Below, piece by piece: positions 35,199 through 45,118 of a stretch of DNA of 64,000 bases. Where the stretch lies: the NCBI GenBank assembly GCA_943369575.1, contig CALRNP020000001.1, positions 1,129-65,128 on the forward strand, in the 5' to 3' direction. The notes under the pieces are model-generated. The model saw only the letters and a program-made list of their open reading frames with translations. It did no database searches and was not told where the DNA came from. The stretch is from Azorhizobium sp. AG788. Its GTDB lineage: Bacteria; Pseudomonadota; Alphaproteobacteria; Rhizobiales; Xanthobacteraceae. Made by a program: the position numbers and the translations under genes. Position 1 is the stretch's first letter, and every line of letters begins with the position of its first letter.

Positions 35199-35200
35199 GC

Positions 35201-36634
35201 TCAGCCTGCCAACGTGTAGGCGGTCTTCACCGCGGTGTAGAATTCGCGGGCATAGGCGCCCTGCTCGCGGGGGCCGTAGGATGAGCCCTTCCGGCCGCCG
35301 AACGGGGCGTGATAGTCGACACCTGCGGTGGCGAGGTTCACCATGACCATGCCGGCTTGGGAACGGCGGCGGAAATCGCTCGCGTGCTTCAGCGAAGTGG
35401 TGCAGATGCCGGAAGACAGGCCGAATTCGGTATCATTGGCGACCGCGACGGCGTGTTCGTAATCATCCACGCGGATCACGCTGGCCACCGGGCCGAAGAT
35501 CTCTTCCCGATTGATGCGCATGGCGTTGTCGGTCTCGGTCATCAGGGCCGGGGCCATGTAATAGCCGGGGGTTGCGCGCTCCAGGCGCTCGCCGCCAATG
35601 ACCGTGGCGCCCTCGGACTTGCCGATGCCGACATAGTCGAGATCCTGGTCTAGCTGATCCTGGCTCACCACCGGGCCGATGTCGGTGTCGGCTTTGAGCG
35701 CATCGTCCACCTTGAGGGCGGCGAGCCGCTCGGCCAGCGCCCCGACGAAGCGGTTGTGGATGCCGCTCTGCACGATCAGCCGCGAAGAGGCGGTGCAACG
35801 CTGGCCTGTGGAATAGAACGCGCCGTTGAGCGCACAGTCAACGGCGGTCTTCAGGTCCGCGTCGTCCAGCACCACGAGCGGGTTCTTGCCGCCCATCTCC
35901 AATTGAAATTTGGCGCCGCGCGCCACGAGATCGCCGGCAATGCGGCGGCCCACCGCCACCGAGCCGGTAAATGAGATGGCACGTACCTTGGGAGAATTCA
36001 CAAGCGCATTGCCGACTTGAGAGCCCGGGCCCATCACCAGATTGAACACGCCTTCCGGCAGGCCGGAGCGGGCGATGATTTCGGAAAGCGCCCAGGCGGA
36101 GCCGGGCACCAGTTCCGCCGGCTTGAACACCACGCAATTGCCGTAGGCGAGGGCGGGCGCGATTTTCCAAGCGGGAATCGCGATCGGGAAATTCCACGGC
36201 GTAATCAGGCCGACGACGCCTTCCGGCTCGCGGGTGATTTCCACCTCCACGCCCGGCCGCACGGATGCGAGCGTGTCGCCGGTGAGGCGCAGGGCCTCGC
36301 CGGAGAAAAACTTGAACACCCGTCCGGCGCGGGCGGCCTCCCCGATGCCTTCGGCCAGCGTTTTGCCTTCCTCGCGGGACAGCAAATGGCCAAGCTCCTC
36401 CTTGCGGGCGAGGATTTCCGTGCCGATGCGATCCAGCGCGTCGGCCCGCAGTTCCGGGCTCGCGGCGGCCCAGGCCGGAAAGGCGGTGAAGGCAGCATCG
36501 ATGGCGGCCTGCGCCTGCGGGGCATCAGCGAGGGCATATTCGCCGACCAGATCATTCAAGTTGGACGGGTTGATATTGCGGTTGATGCGCGTGCCTTCGA
36601 TCCAGTCGCCGGCAATGAAGTTCTTGTGCAGCAT
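35201..36634 (-). CDS. NAD(P)+ aldehyde dehydrogenase (2-oxoglutarate-semialdehyde-DH-like subgroup)
   Basis: 477 aa with ITPWNFP, FTGS, ELGGKNP-like LEMGGKNP, catalytic Cys in GQRCTASSR, and EEIFGPV. Confidence 0.9.
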   Translation of the reverse strand: MLHKNFIAGDWIEGTRINRNINPSNLNDLVGEYALADAPQAQAAIDAAFTAFPAWAAASPELRADALDRIGTEILARKEELGHLLSREEGKTLAEGIGEAARAGRVFKFFSGEALRLTGDTLASVRPGVEVEITREPEGVVGLITPWNFPIAIPAWKIAPALAYGNCVVFKPAELVPGSAWALSEIIARSGLPEGVFNLVMGPGSQVGNALVNSPKVRAISFTGSVAVGRRIAGDLVARGAKFQLEMGGKNPLVVLDDADLKTAVDCALNGAFYSTGQRCTASSRLIVQSGIHNRFVGALAERLAALKVDDALKADTDIGPVVSQDQLDQDLDYVGIGKSEGATVIGGERLERATPGYYMAPALMTETDNAMRINREEIFGPVASVIRVDDYEHAVAVANDTEFGLSSGICTTSLKHASDFRRRSQAGMVMVNLATAGVDYHAPFGGRKGSSYGPREQGAYAREFYTAVKTAYTLAG

Positions 36635-36652
36635 GGCAAAGGTTCCGAAGGT

Positions 36653-37357
36653 TCAAATCCCGAGATAGACGGTCTTGATGTGCGGGTCGGCGAGCAAACC
36701 GGGGCCGGTGTTCTCAATGGCGATGCGGCCGTTCTCGATCACATAGGCGCGGTCGGCGATCTTCAGAGCGTGGAAGGCCTTCTGCTCCACCAGCAGCACC
36801 GTTGTGCCCATCTTGCAGATGCGGTCGAGCACATCGAACATCTGTTGCACGATGATGGGGGCAAGGCCGAGCGATGGCTCGTCCAGCATTAAGAGCTTGG
36901 GCGCCGCCATAAGGCCGCGCGCGATGGCTACCATCTGCTGCTCGCCGCCGGAGAGAGAACCGGCCATTTGGCTGAGGCGCTCGCGGACGCGGGGGAAGAT
37001 GTCGAGCACTTCCTCGTAGCGTTGGGCGGCGCCTTCGCGGGCATTGGGGTGGTAACACCCCATCAGCACATTGTCCTTCACCGTCATGACTGGGAAGAGC
37101 TGGCGCGCTTCAGGCACCATGACCAGCCCCCGCCCGACGATGTCGGCCGGGTCCATGCGGTCGATACGCTGGCCATCGAAGGTGATCTCGCCGCGGCCCG
37201 GCTTCACCAGGCCGGTGATGGCGCGTAGCAAAGTGGTCTTGCCGGCGCCGTTGGCGCCGATGATGGTGACCACCTCGCCGCGACCGACGCGGATCGAGAC
37301 ATCTTCGAGGATGATGGTGCGGCCATAGCCGGCCGAAATCTCAGAGACCTTGAGCAT
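36653..37357 (-). CDS. Branched-chain-amino-acid-type ABC transporter ATP-binding protein (LivF-like)
   Basis: Walker A GANGAGKTT, signature LSGGEQQM and Walker B LLMLDEPS. Confidence 0.9.
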   Translation of the reverse strand: MLKVSEISAGYGRTIILEDVSIRVGRGEVVTIIGANGAGKTTLLRAITGLVKPGRGEITFDGQRIDRMDPADIVGRGLVMVPEARQLFPVMTVKDNVLMGCYHPNAREGAAQRYEEVLDIFPRVRERLSQMAGSLSGGEQQMVAIARGLMAAPKLLMLDEPSLGLAPIIVQQMFDVLDRICKMGTTVLLVEQKAFHALKIADRAYVIENGRIAIENTGPGLLADPHIKTVYLGI

Positions 37358-39176
37358 CGGCGTAATCCTCTCCGAGATAGGCTTCGATCACGCGGCGGTC
37401 ACGCACCACATCTTGCGGCGGGCCTTCCGCGATCAGCTTGCCGGAATCGATCACCGCGATGCGATCCGACAGGCTCATGATCGCCTGCATGTTGTGCTCG
37501 ATGGCCACAACGGTGACGCCATGGTCGCGAATGGTGCGGATGAGCTGCACCATTCGCTGGGTGTCGGCCTGGCTCTGCCCGGCCATCACTTCGTCCAGCA
37601 GCAGGATGGTGGGTTCAGTGGCCAGCGTGCGAGCGACTTCCAGCCGCTTCAGGCCACCTATGGGCAGGGTGCCGGCCTCGACGTCCTTCACATCGTCAAG
37701 CCCGACAATCTGCGCCACCTTAAGGGCGGCGGCGCGGGCGTCTTCCACCTTGGGATGGCGCAGGAAGGCGCCGATCATGATGTTCTCCAGCACGGTGAGC
37801 TTGCCGAAGGGCTGCACGATCTGGAAGGTGCGGCCGATGCCGCGCCGGGCAAAGCCGTCCGCACTCTTCGGCGTCACCGAAACTCCATCAGTGCCGATGA
37901 TCTCCACCGAGCCGGAATTGGGCCACAGAAAGCCCGAGAGCTGGTTGAAGAACGTGGTCTTGCCCGCCCCGTTCGGGCCGATGATCCCGAGGATCTCTCC
38001 ACGCCTGAGCGTGAGCGAGATATTGTCGGTGGCGATCAGTCCGCCGAAGGTCTTCACCAGATTCTTGGCCACAAGGACCGGCTCTCCGGGGATGCCGGTG
38101 ATGGCGGTCAGAGCGGGCGCTTCGCGCACCGGAACAACCCGCCCGCCGCCCGGCAAAGCATCGATCCAGCGGCCGACCCGCTTGCCGAACGTGCCGACGA
38201 GGCCGCCGGGCAAGGTCAGGGTGATGATCACCAGAACCGTGCCGTAGACAAATCCGTGCAGGCCGTTGGCCGAGGCGCCGAGCCATCCACGGGCGAGTTC
38301 GGCCAGTGGCACGACAAGCACCGTGCCCAGCAGAGGTCCCGCCACGGTGCCGAGGCCGCCAATGAGCGAGAACATGGCGATCTCGATGGACGTGGCCAGC
38401 GAGAACATCGTCGCCGGTTCCAGGAACGTCATGTACATGGCATGGAAGGCGCCAACGAGGGCCGTCAGAGCCGCCGATATGGCGATTGCCTGCAACTTCA
38501 CCGCATTGTTGTTAACGCCCGCCGCCAGAGCCGCGGGATCACGCTCGCGCACGGCTGTGAGGTAAAAGCCGAGACGCGAGTTGCGGATCAGATACGACAC
38601 CGCAATGCAAAGCAGCAGCAGGCCGAAGGCGATATAGAGATAATTCATCTTGTCGCGAAAGATCATCCACGCCCAGCCGAGCTTCAGCGGCACGATCAGG
38701 CCCGCCGACCCGCCGGTGACTTCATGGAAATGGATGGCGAGCAACCGGACCACTTCCAGGAACGCGATGGTGGCGAGCGAGAAGAACGGACCGCGCAGGC
38801 GGAAGCAGGGATAGCCGATGGCCAATCCGACAACGGCGGCGAGCACAGCGCCGACGCACATGCCGAACCAAGGCGACAGGCCGAAATGGGAGATCAGCAG
38901 GGCGGTTGTGTAGCCGCCGATGCCATAGAACACCATATGGCCGAGCGACAGCTGGCCGGCATAGCCACCGACGATATTCCAGGCCGTGGACAGGGCGGCG
39001 AACACGCAGATGGTCACGAACACATGCACCACGAAGGGCGAGCCGGAGACCATCGGGATGATCAGCAACAAGGCCAGCGCGATCAGGGAACAATAGACGC
39101 GCGGGTTGGTCAGCGCGGTGAGAAGGCTGGAGCCTTTCGGCTGCACGGAAGGGGCGGAGGTGGCTTTCACGGTCAT
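37341..39176 (-). CDS. Fused LivM-like permease / LivG-like ATPase
   Basis: 611 aa. The N-terminal ~330 aa are hydrophobic and multi-pass (LivM-like). The C-terminal ~260 aa have Walker A GPNGAGKTT, LPIGGLKRLEVARTL and LLLDEVMAG. Confidence 0.85.
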   Translation of the reverse strand: MTVKATSAPSVQPKGSSLLTALTNPRVYCSLIALALLLIIPMVSGSPFVVHVFVTICVFAALSTAWNIVGGYAGQLSLGHMVFYGIGGYTTALLISHFGLSPWFGMCVGAVLAAVVGLAIGYPCFRLRGPFFSLATIAFLEVVRLLAIHFHEVTGGSAGLIVPLKLGWAWMIFRDKMNYLYIAFGLLLLCIAVSYLIRNSRLGFYLTAVRERDPAALAAGVNNNAVKLQAIAISAALTALVGAFHAMYMTFLEPATMFSLATSIEIAMFSLIGGLGTVAGPLLGTVLVVPLAELARGWLGASANGLHGFVYGTVLVIITLTLPGGLVGTFGKRVGRWIDALPGGGRVVPVREAPALTAITGIPGEPVLVAKNLVKTFGGLIATDNISLTLRRGEILGIIGPNGAGKTTFFNQLSGFLWPNSGSVEIIGTDGVSVTPKSADGFARRGIGRTFQIVQPFGKLTVLENIMIGAFLRHPKVEDARAAALKVAQIVGLDDVKDVEAGTLPIGGLKRLEVARTLATEPTILLLDEVMAGQSQADTQRMVQLIRTIRDHGVTVVAIEHNMQAIMSLSDRIAVIDSGKLIAEGPPQDVVRDRRVIEAYLGEDYADAQGL

Positions 39177-39180
39177 GGGA

Positions 39181-40053
39181 TCACTCCGTCCCGCGGCCGA
39201 GGCCGAACAGGCCGGTCGGCTTGAAGATCAAGATCAGGATGAAGATCACGAAATAGACGACCTCCTTGAGGTCGGGCGCGATGTAATATCCCGAGAGACT
39301 ATCCACGACTCCGATGATCATGGCGCCGAAAAAGGCCCCATACATGGAGCGCATGCCGCCGAGCACCACAACCACGAAGGCGGTGAGGACGAAATAGGTG
39401 CCGATCGTGGGCGTGACGGGATAAAGCGGCATCACGAGCGCGCTCGCAAGCCCGACGCAGGCCGTACCCAGGCCGAAGGCGATGACATAGATACGGTCCA
39501 CGCGAACGCCCATGAGCAGTGCTGCGTTGCGGTTTTGAGCCGTGGCGCGGATGGCGCGCCCGAGCGGGGTGGACTGCATGAACAGGTGAAGACCGGCGAC
39601 CAGCGCCAGGGCGCAGACGAACATCACAATCTGGCCGATCACCAAAGTGAAGCCGCCGATATTGATGGAATGCTGAACCACGGAAGGGGGGACCGAATAG
39701 AGGTCGGCGCCGAAGATCATCAGCGCGAGGTTCATCAGCGCGGTGGACAGTCCGACGGTGGCGAAGATCTGGATATGTTCTTCGGCGGATAGCAGCGGCT
39801 GGATGATGAAACGCTGCACCAGGGCGCCGAAGGCGAACAGCAGCAGCACGATGGGGATCGCTGAGACATAAGGGTGCAAGCCGAATTTCGCTGCGAGCAG
39901 ATAGGCACCATACATGCCGACCATCAGGAACTCGCCATGGGCGAAGTTCACCACCCGGACGATGCCGAATATGAGGGTCAGGCCAACGCTGATGATCGCG
40001 TACATGCTGCCAAGCAGAATGCCGTTGACCAGGAGCTGAATGAAAACGTCCAT
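39181..40053 (-). CDS. Branched-chain-amino-acid-type ABC transporter permease (LivH-like)
   Basis: MDVFIQLLVNGILLGSMYAIISVGLTLIFG is the classic LivH N-terminus. The start is ATG 40053; the track start at 40287 was rejected. Confidence 0.85.
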   Translation of the reverse strand: MDVFIQLLVNGILLGSMYAIISVGLTLIFGIVRVVNFAHGEFLMVGMYGAYLLAAKFGLHPYVSAIPIVLLLFAFGALVQRFIIQPLLSAEEHIQIFATVGLSTALMNLALMIFGADLYSVPPSVVQHSINIGGFTLVIGQIVMFVCALALVAGLHLFMQSTPLGRAIRATAQNRNAALLMGVRVDRIYVIAFGLGTACVGLASALVMPLYPVTPTIGTYFVLTAFVVVVLGGMRSMYGAFFGAMIIGVVDSLSGYYIAPDLKEVVYFVIFILILIFKPTGLFGLGRGTE

Positions 40054-40205
40054 CGCGCGGACTCCAGGCGGACGGGGCGGGCGGAAAGCGCCGTGGGCTA
40101 CGGCACGGCGAGCGTCAGCCGCCCCAGAGGAGAGGACCGACGGCGTCTGTTGGGAAAGAACGGCCACCGCGGAGGGCGGCGGCCGCAAGGTGCAAGCCGG
40201 CAGGC

Positions 40206-41438
40206 TCAGTTGGTGCCGACGCCGACCTTCATCTTGGCGACTGCGGCTTCTGCGGGGAACACGGTGACGAGTTCGCCGCCCTGCCACTGCATCAGGAAGG
40301 GAAGGGCGCGGGTGTTCTGTCCGTTCTCGGAGAACTTGGCGCCCCAGCCGGTCGCCGTGCTGCCGATGGGCAGATCGACCTTCATCACCTGGGCGCGGAC
40401 GTTCTCCGCCGTCAGGTCCTTGGCGGCGGCGATGGCGTCGAAGAACACCTTCGCGCCCATGTAGTTGGCGAGGCTGTGCCCGGAGCGGGGATTGATATTA
40501 TACTTCGCCTTATACTTTGTCACGAACTGTTCGATACCCGGAGCCGCCTTCGGGTTGGTGTGATACTGTGTGAAATCGACGTCCAGCGCGCCTTCCATAT
40601 TCTCGGGGCCGACCGCCACGACCGTGTCTCGCGTGGAATAGCCGCCGCCGGCACCGATCACCGCCTTGGGCTTAAAGCCCTGATCCTTCATCTGGCGGAA
40701 GAACAGCACGGTGTCGTTCTGGTAGGAGGTTTGCAGCACCACATCCACGCCGGCGCTCTTGAGGCGCAGGATGACAGGGGTGAGGTCAACGGACTTGGCA
40801 GAATAGGCCATTGCCTCGACCACATTCAGCTTCTTTTCAGCGGCGCGGGACTTCTGATAGCCGGACATGGTCTGGCCGTAGAGGGAGTCCTCATAAATGA
40901 TGCCGATTTTCAGCTCTTCCGGCTTCTTGCCGAGGGCCGGGGCGATCGCATCGGAGATCGAATCGACCATGCGCACCGAGAAGTCCTTGGCGGTCGCATT
41001 GGTGCGGAACACGTTCTTGAAGCCGCGCTCAGTAATCGGATCAGAGACCGCGCCGAGTTCGAAATAGGGCACGCCGGCCAATTCTGCCACTTGTGTCGCC
41101 GCAAGCGACAGGGATGAGGAGTAGGTGCCGAAGATGGCAGAGACATTATCGACCGAGGTCAGGCGACGGGCTTCGCCCACGGCCTGGTTGGGGTCCACCG
41201 CATCACCCTTGATGAGGGTGATGGACTTACCATTGATGCCGCCGGCGGCATTGCGCTCCTCGACGGCGATTTCCAGGCCGCGGAAGCTTTCGTCACCGAG
41301 CAGAGCGAGGCCGCCGGAGAACGGATAGAGCGCGCCGAATTTGATGGCCTGCTGGGCGGCGGCGGGTGTGATCCCAACGAGCGGCGTCGCGCTCAAAAGC
41401 ATAGCGGCAGCCAGCGCTGCCCGCGCAATTTTCCTCAT
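40206..41438 (-). CDS. ABC transporter substrate-binding protein (LivK/type-I periplasmic binding fold)
   Basis: Signal peptide MRKIARAALAAAMLLSATPLVGITPAAAQ followed by IKFGALYPFSGGLALLG. SD GGAGGAAACG precedes ATG 41438. Confidence 0.85.
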   Translation of the reverse strand: MRKIARAALAAAMLLSATPLVGITPAAAQQAIKFGALYPFSGGLALLGDESFRGLEIAVEERNAAGGINGKSITLIKGDAVDPNQAVGEARRLTSVDNVSAIFGTYSSSLSLAATQVAELAGVPYFELGAVSDPITERGFKNVFRTNATAKDFSVRMVDSISDAIAPALGKKPEELKIGIIYEDSLYGQTMSGYQKSRAAEKKLNVVEAMAYSAKSVDLTPVILRLKSAGVDVVLQTSYQNDTVLFFRQMKDQGFKPKAVIGAGGGYSTRDTVVAVGPENMEGALDVDFTQYHTNPKAAPGIEQFVTKYKAKYNINPRSGHSLANYMGAKVFFDAIAAAKDLTAENVRAQVMKVDLPIGSTATGWGAKFSENGQNTRALPFLMQWQGGELVTVFPAEAAVAKMKVGVGTN

Positions 41439-41504
41439 CGTTTCCTCCATGAACGCGCCGTAGACCGACGACATCAGCGGCCGCTCAGGAGCGACCTTTC
41501 CTCT

Positions 41505-41524
41505 AACTTGCAGATAACCAAGTT
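41505..41524. promoter_or_regulatory. Inverted repeat AACTTG-N8-CAAGTT in the divergent livK-like/qor intergenic region
   Basis: Read directly from the sequence. 6-bp perfect arms, located between the start codons at 41438 (-) and 41598 (+). Confidence 0.3.
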
Positions 41525-41597
41525 GCCTGACAAGTGGAAAATTGTTAGCGTCTGACACCAATTGCGGCCAGCCGATTAAGAGCCGCGCGGAGGAAAT

Positions 41598-42608
41598 ATG
41601 CCGATGTCAGATTTGCCCACATCCATGCGCCAGATCCGTTTCGCAGGGTCGGGTGGTCCAGACGTCATCCGTATCGAGACCGCGCCGGTCCCGGTGCCGG
41701 GTCCCGGCCAGGTGCTGGTGGAAGTGGTCGCCGCAGGCGTCAACCGTCCCGATTGTCTGCAGCGCGCGGGTGGCTATCCGCCGCCTCCCGGTGCCACCGA
41801 TATTCCCGGCCTGGAAATCGGCGGACGGGTGGTCGCCATGGGCGAGGGCGTGACCACGCCGAAGCTCGGCGATGAGGTCTGCGCCCTGGTGATCAGCGGC
41901 GGCTATGCGGAATATTGCGTCGCTGAGGCACCGCTTTGCCTGCCGGTGCCGAAGCCGCTTTCCGTTCTCGAAGCCGCCGGATTGCCGGAAAATTATTACA
42001 CCGTTTACGACAACATCTTTACCCGCGGCCGCTTGGTCGCCGGGGAGACCATCCTTGTCCATGGCGGATCGAGCGGCATCGGCTCCACGGCCATCCAGCT
42101 TGCCAAGCATGCGGGCGCGACTGTGTTCGCCACCGCCGGATCGCAAGACAAATGCGATTTCTGCACCAGCCTGGGTGCAGATGCGGCCATCAATTATCGC
42201 GCCGAAGATTTTGTCGCCGAGGTCAAGCGCCTCACCGACGGCAAGGGCGTGGATGTGATCCTCGATATGGTGGGTGGCCCCTATATCGCCCGAAACCTCG
42301 CCGCGCTTGCGCTGGAGGGGCGCCTGGTCCAGATCGCGTTCCTGCAGTCGAGCCGGGTGGATATCGATCTGATGCCCGTCATGTTGCGGCGGCTGACAAT
42401 TACCGGCTCGACCCTGCGTGCGCGGTCCGTGGCGCTGAAGGCGGCCATCGCCGATCATCTGCGGCGCGACGTGTGGCCGCTTCTGGATACGGGCACTGTA
42501 CGCCCTGTGATTCATGCGACCTTCCCGCTTGAGCAAGCGCAAGCTGCCCACGCCTTGATGGAATCAAGTGCCCATTCCGGAAAGATCATGCTGGAGACGG
42601 GCAAATGA
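41598..42608 (+). CDS. NAD(P)H:quinone oxidoreductase (zeta-crystallin/MDR family, Qor-like)
   Basis: 336 aa with VLVEVVAAGVNRPD, GDEVCAL and the nucleotide motif VHGGSSGIGSTAIQLAK. Confidence 0.85.
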   Translation: MPMSDLPTSMRQIRFAGSGGPDVIRIETAPVPVPGPGQVLVEVVAAGVNRPDCLQRAGGYPPPPGATDIPGLEIGGRVVAMGEGVTTPKLGDEVCALVISGGYAEYCVAEAPLCLPVPKPLSVLEAAGLPENYYTVYDNIFTRGRLVAGETILVHGGSSGIGSTAIQLAKHAGATVFATAGSQDKCDFCTSLGADAAINYRAEDFVAEVKRLTDGKGVDVILDMVGGPYIARNLAALALEGRLVQIAFLQSSRVDIDLMPVMLRRLTITGSTLRARSVALKAAIADHLRRDVWPLLDTGTVRPVIHATFPLEQAQAAHALMESSAHSGKIMLETGK

Positions 42609-43387
42609 GCGGATCGCAAGGCACCCATCGCGGGCGTGTGGTACTCGTCACGGGCTCCGGCCGTGGCATCGGCCGTGCCATGGCCGATGCCCATGCCGAT
42701 GCGGGCGCGGCCGTCGCCTATCTCGACCACGATCCGGCCCTGGCGCAGGAAGCCGCAGATTCCGCCAAGGCGCGCGGCGTCAATGCGGTGGGTGTGTCGG
42801 CGGATGTGGCGGATTACGATGCGGTTGCCGCCGCCATCGCAATCGCCGCGTCTGCCCTCGGCCCCATCGACGTGCTGGTGAACAATGCCGGCATTTCGCC
42901 CAAGAGCGGCGCCGACAAGCGCCGCGTGGATGCTTTCGCCATGGATCCGGCAGAATGGCGGCGGGTGCTGGACGTCAACCTCACCGGCGCCTTCAATTGC
43001 AGCCGAGTGGTCCTGCCGGGGATGCGCGATCTCGGGCGTGGGCGCATCGTTAATGTGTCATCGGTCGCCGGCCGCACATATTGCGACATCGTCGCCGTGC
43101 ATTATGCCGCCTCCAAAGCGGCGCTCATCGGCTTCACCAAGCATCTGGCGGGCGAACTTGGGCCCCTGGGCATCACGGTGAATGCGATCGCACCAGGCCG
43201 CATTGACACGCCGCTCATGCGCGGCACCGCACCCGAGGCCAATGAGGCCGCCCGCATGGCGACGCCTCTGCGCCGACTCGGGTCTCCCGAGGATGTTGCC
43301 GGCACGTGCCTGTTCCTCACCTCGGAGGCGGCGGGTTTCGTCACCGGGCAGGTGGTGGATGTGGCCGGCGGTTGGCTGATGACCTGA
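42605..43387 (+). CDS. SDR-family oxidoreductase (FabG-like)
   Basis: VTGSGRGIGRA, NNAG and YAASKAA motifs. The start overlaps the qor stop as ATGA. Confidence 0.85.
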   Translation: MSGSQGTHRGRVVLVTGSGRGIGRAMADAHADAGAAVAYLDHDPALAQEAADSAKARGVNAVGVSADVADYDAVAAAIAIAASALGPIDVLVNNAGISPKSGADKRRVDAFAMDPAEWRRVLDVNLTGAFNCSRVVLPGMRDLGRGRIVNVSSVAGRTYCDIVAVHYAASKAALIGFTKHLAGELGPLGITVNAIAPGRIDTPLMRGTAPEANEAARMATPLRRLGSPEDVAGTCLFLTSEAAGFVTGQVVDVAGGWLMT

Positions 43388-43420
43388 GCCGCCAGCGCTT
43401 CACAGACGGATCGTCTCCAG

Positions 43421-44161
43421 ATGTTCGACTTCACAGGAAAAACACTGTTTCTGACCGGCGCCAATGGCGGGATCTCGCGGGCGGTAGCGCAGACGTTTTT
43501 TGATCTCGGAGCCAATTGCGTGCTTACCGATCTCGATGCCGACGGTGTCGAGGCGTTCGCCCGCAGCTTGGACCCGAGCGGCGCACGTGTCGTGGCCACG
43601 GGCCAGGATGCCGCCGACCCCGACCATGCCGACCGCGCGCTTACGGTTGTCAAGGATCGGTTCGGTGCGCTTGATTTCCTCGTCACCTCCGCCGGGCTCT
43701 ATCGGGCGCGGCAGGTGGCGGAGATGGACGATGCGCATTGGCGCAAAGGCATCGCGGTCAATCTCGATGGCGTGTTCTACACCTGCCGGCGGGCGATCCC
43801 GCTGTTTGCGGACGGGGCGGCCATCGTCAACCTCGCCTCCATGGCCGGGCATCGCGGCAGCTTTGCCCATGCGGACTACTCCGCCGCCAAAGGGGCTGTG
43901 CTGGCTTTCTCGCGGTCGCTCGCCATCGAGCTTGCGCCGCGCGTGCGGGTCAATGCTGTCTCTCCGGGATTGATCGACACGCCCATGGTGCGTGGCCTGA
44001 TGGATGCCAAGGGCGCGGCGCTCCTGGACCAGACACCCATGAAGCGCCTCGGGACCGTTGAGGAAATCGCCCGCGTTGTGGCTTTCCTGTGCTCCGACTG
44101 GGCCGGTTTCGTCACTGGCGAGACGGTGCACGTCAATGGGGGACTTTATATTGCAAGTTGA
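43421..44161 (+). CDS. SDR-family oxidoreductase
   Basis: LTGANGGISRA, SAG and YSAAKGA motifs; 246 aa. Confidence 0.85.
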   Translation: MFDFTGKTLFLTGANGGISRAVAQTFFDLGANCVLTDLDADGVEAFARSLDPSGARVVATGQDAADPDHADRALTVVKDRFGALDFLVTSAGLYRARQVAEMDDAHWRKGIAVNLDGVFYTCRRAIPLFADGAAIVNLASMAGHRGSFAHADYSAAKGAVLAFSRSLAIELAPRVRVNAVSPGLIDTPMVRGLMDAKGAALLDQTPMKRLGTVEEIARVVAFLCSDWAGFVTGETVHVNGGLYIAS

Positions 44162-44356
44162 GGTGGAAGCGCTCTCCATCTTAAATGGATCGGGGTCTGG
44201 GATCCGGTGCCTTTGCTCAGCGGCCGCCGGCACGTCAATCCCGCTCCCTCCCTTTGCAGGCGCGACGGACGTTCCGTTGGGATGGACGCGTGCAAGTGGT
44301 TTCTTTGCAGCTGCGGCCGGCGCTCAAGGCGCACTGAGCGATCTGGAGTGAAGAGT

Positions 44357-45073
44357 ATGACTAGGACCTACGACATCATCGGACGCGGTCCTTCGCTGGC
44401 GGACACTCTGGCGCTTCGGTTGCGCGAAGAAATCGCCTCGGGACGGCTGCGTCCCGGCGAGCGGCTCCCGACCGAGCAGCAGATTGCCGGTACTTATGGC
44501 GTTTCCCGCCCCATCGTGCGGGAGGCCGTGGGGCGCCTCAAGCACGACGGGCTCGTGCTGACACGGCAGGGGGCAGGGGCCTTCGTGGCGGAGCCGAGCG
44601 CCGCTTCGACCTTTCGCATCGACATCACCGATTTTCAAAATGCCGACGAGATCGGTCACATCGTGGAACTGCTGATGGCCGTGGAATCCACCGCCACCGC
44701 CCATGCCGCGGTGCGCCGCTCGATGCATGATCTTCAGCAAATCCAGGCCCAGCTTGATGCCATGCAGGCGGCGATCGACCGTGGCGACCCGGGTGTGGAT
44801 GAGGACGTTGCTTTTCATCGCGCCATCGTCGAGGCCACCGGAAATCCGTTCTTTCGGGATCTGTCAGATTTTCTCGACCGGCGGGTGCGCACCTTTATCC
44901 GCGCTGCACGGTCGAATACCGCGCGCATGCAGGGCGTGACCGAGGCCGTTCAGCGCGAGCACCAGGCGATTTTCGATGCCGTGGCCGCGGGTGACGCTGG
45001 ATTGGCCCAGGCCGCCGCCATCACCCACCTGGAGAACGCCGCAGCCCGTTTGAAGCTCTATCTCGCGCCCTGA
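44357..45073 (+). CDS. GntR-family transcriptional regulator (FCD subfamily)
   Basis: LREEIASGRLRPGERLPTEQQIAGTYGVSRPIVREAVGRLKHDGLV wHTH plus an FCD domain. The start is ATG 44357; the track start at 44207 was rejected. Confidence 0.85.
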   Translation: MTRTYDIIGRGPSLADTLALRLREEIASGRLRPGERLPTEQQIAGTYGVSRPIVREAVGRLKHDGLVLTRQGAGAFVAEPSAASTFRIDITDFQNADEIGHIVELLMAVESTATAHAAVRRSMHDLQQIQAQLDAMQAAIDRGDPGVDEDVAFHRAIVEATGNPFFRDLSDFLDRRVRTFIRAARSNTARMQGVTEAVQREHQAIFDAVAAGDAGLAQAAAITHLENAAARLKLYLAP

Positions 45074-45118
45074 CATCGCCGCGCTTTCAGCCGGTACACC
45101 GTCCATTGCCAGCCCTGC

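Noticed and set aside
37350-39224. 624-aa plus-strand ORF
   Set aside because: It is antisense to the LivM/LivG fusion gene, with a low-complexity His/Asp/Gly/Arg-rich translation.
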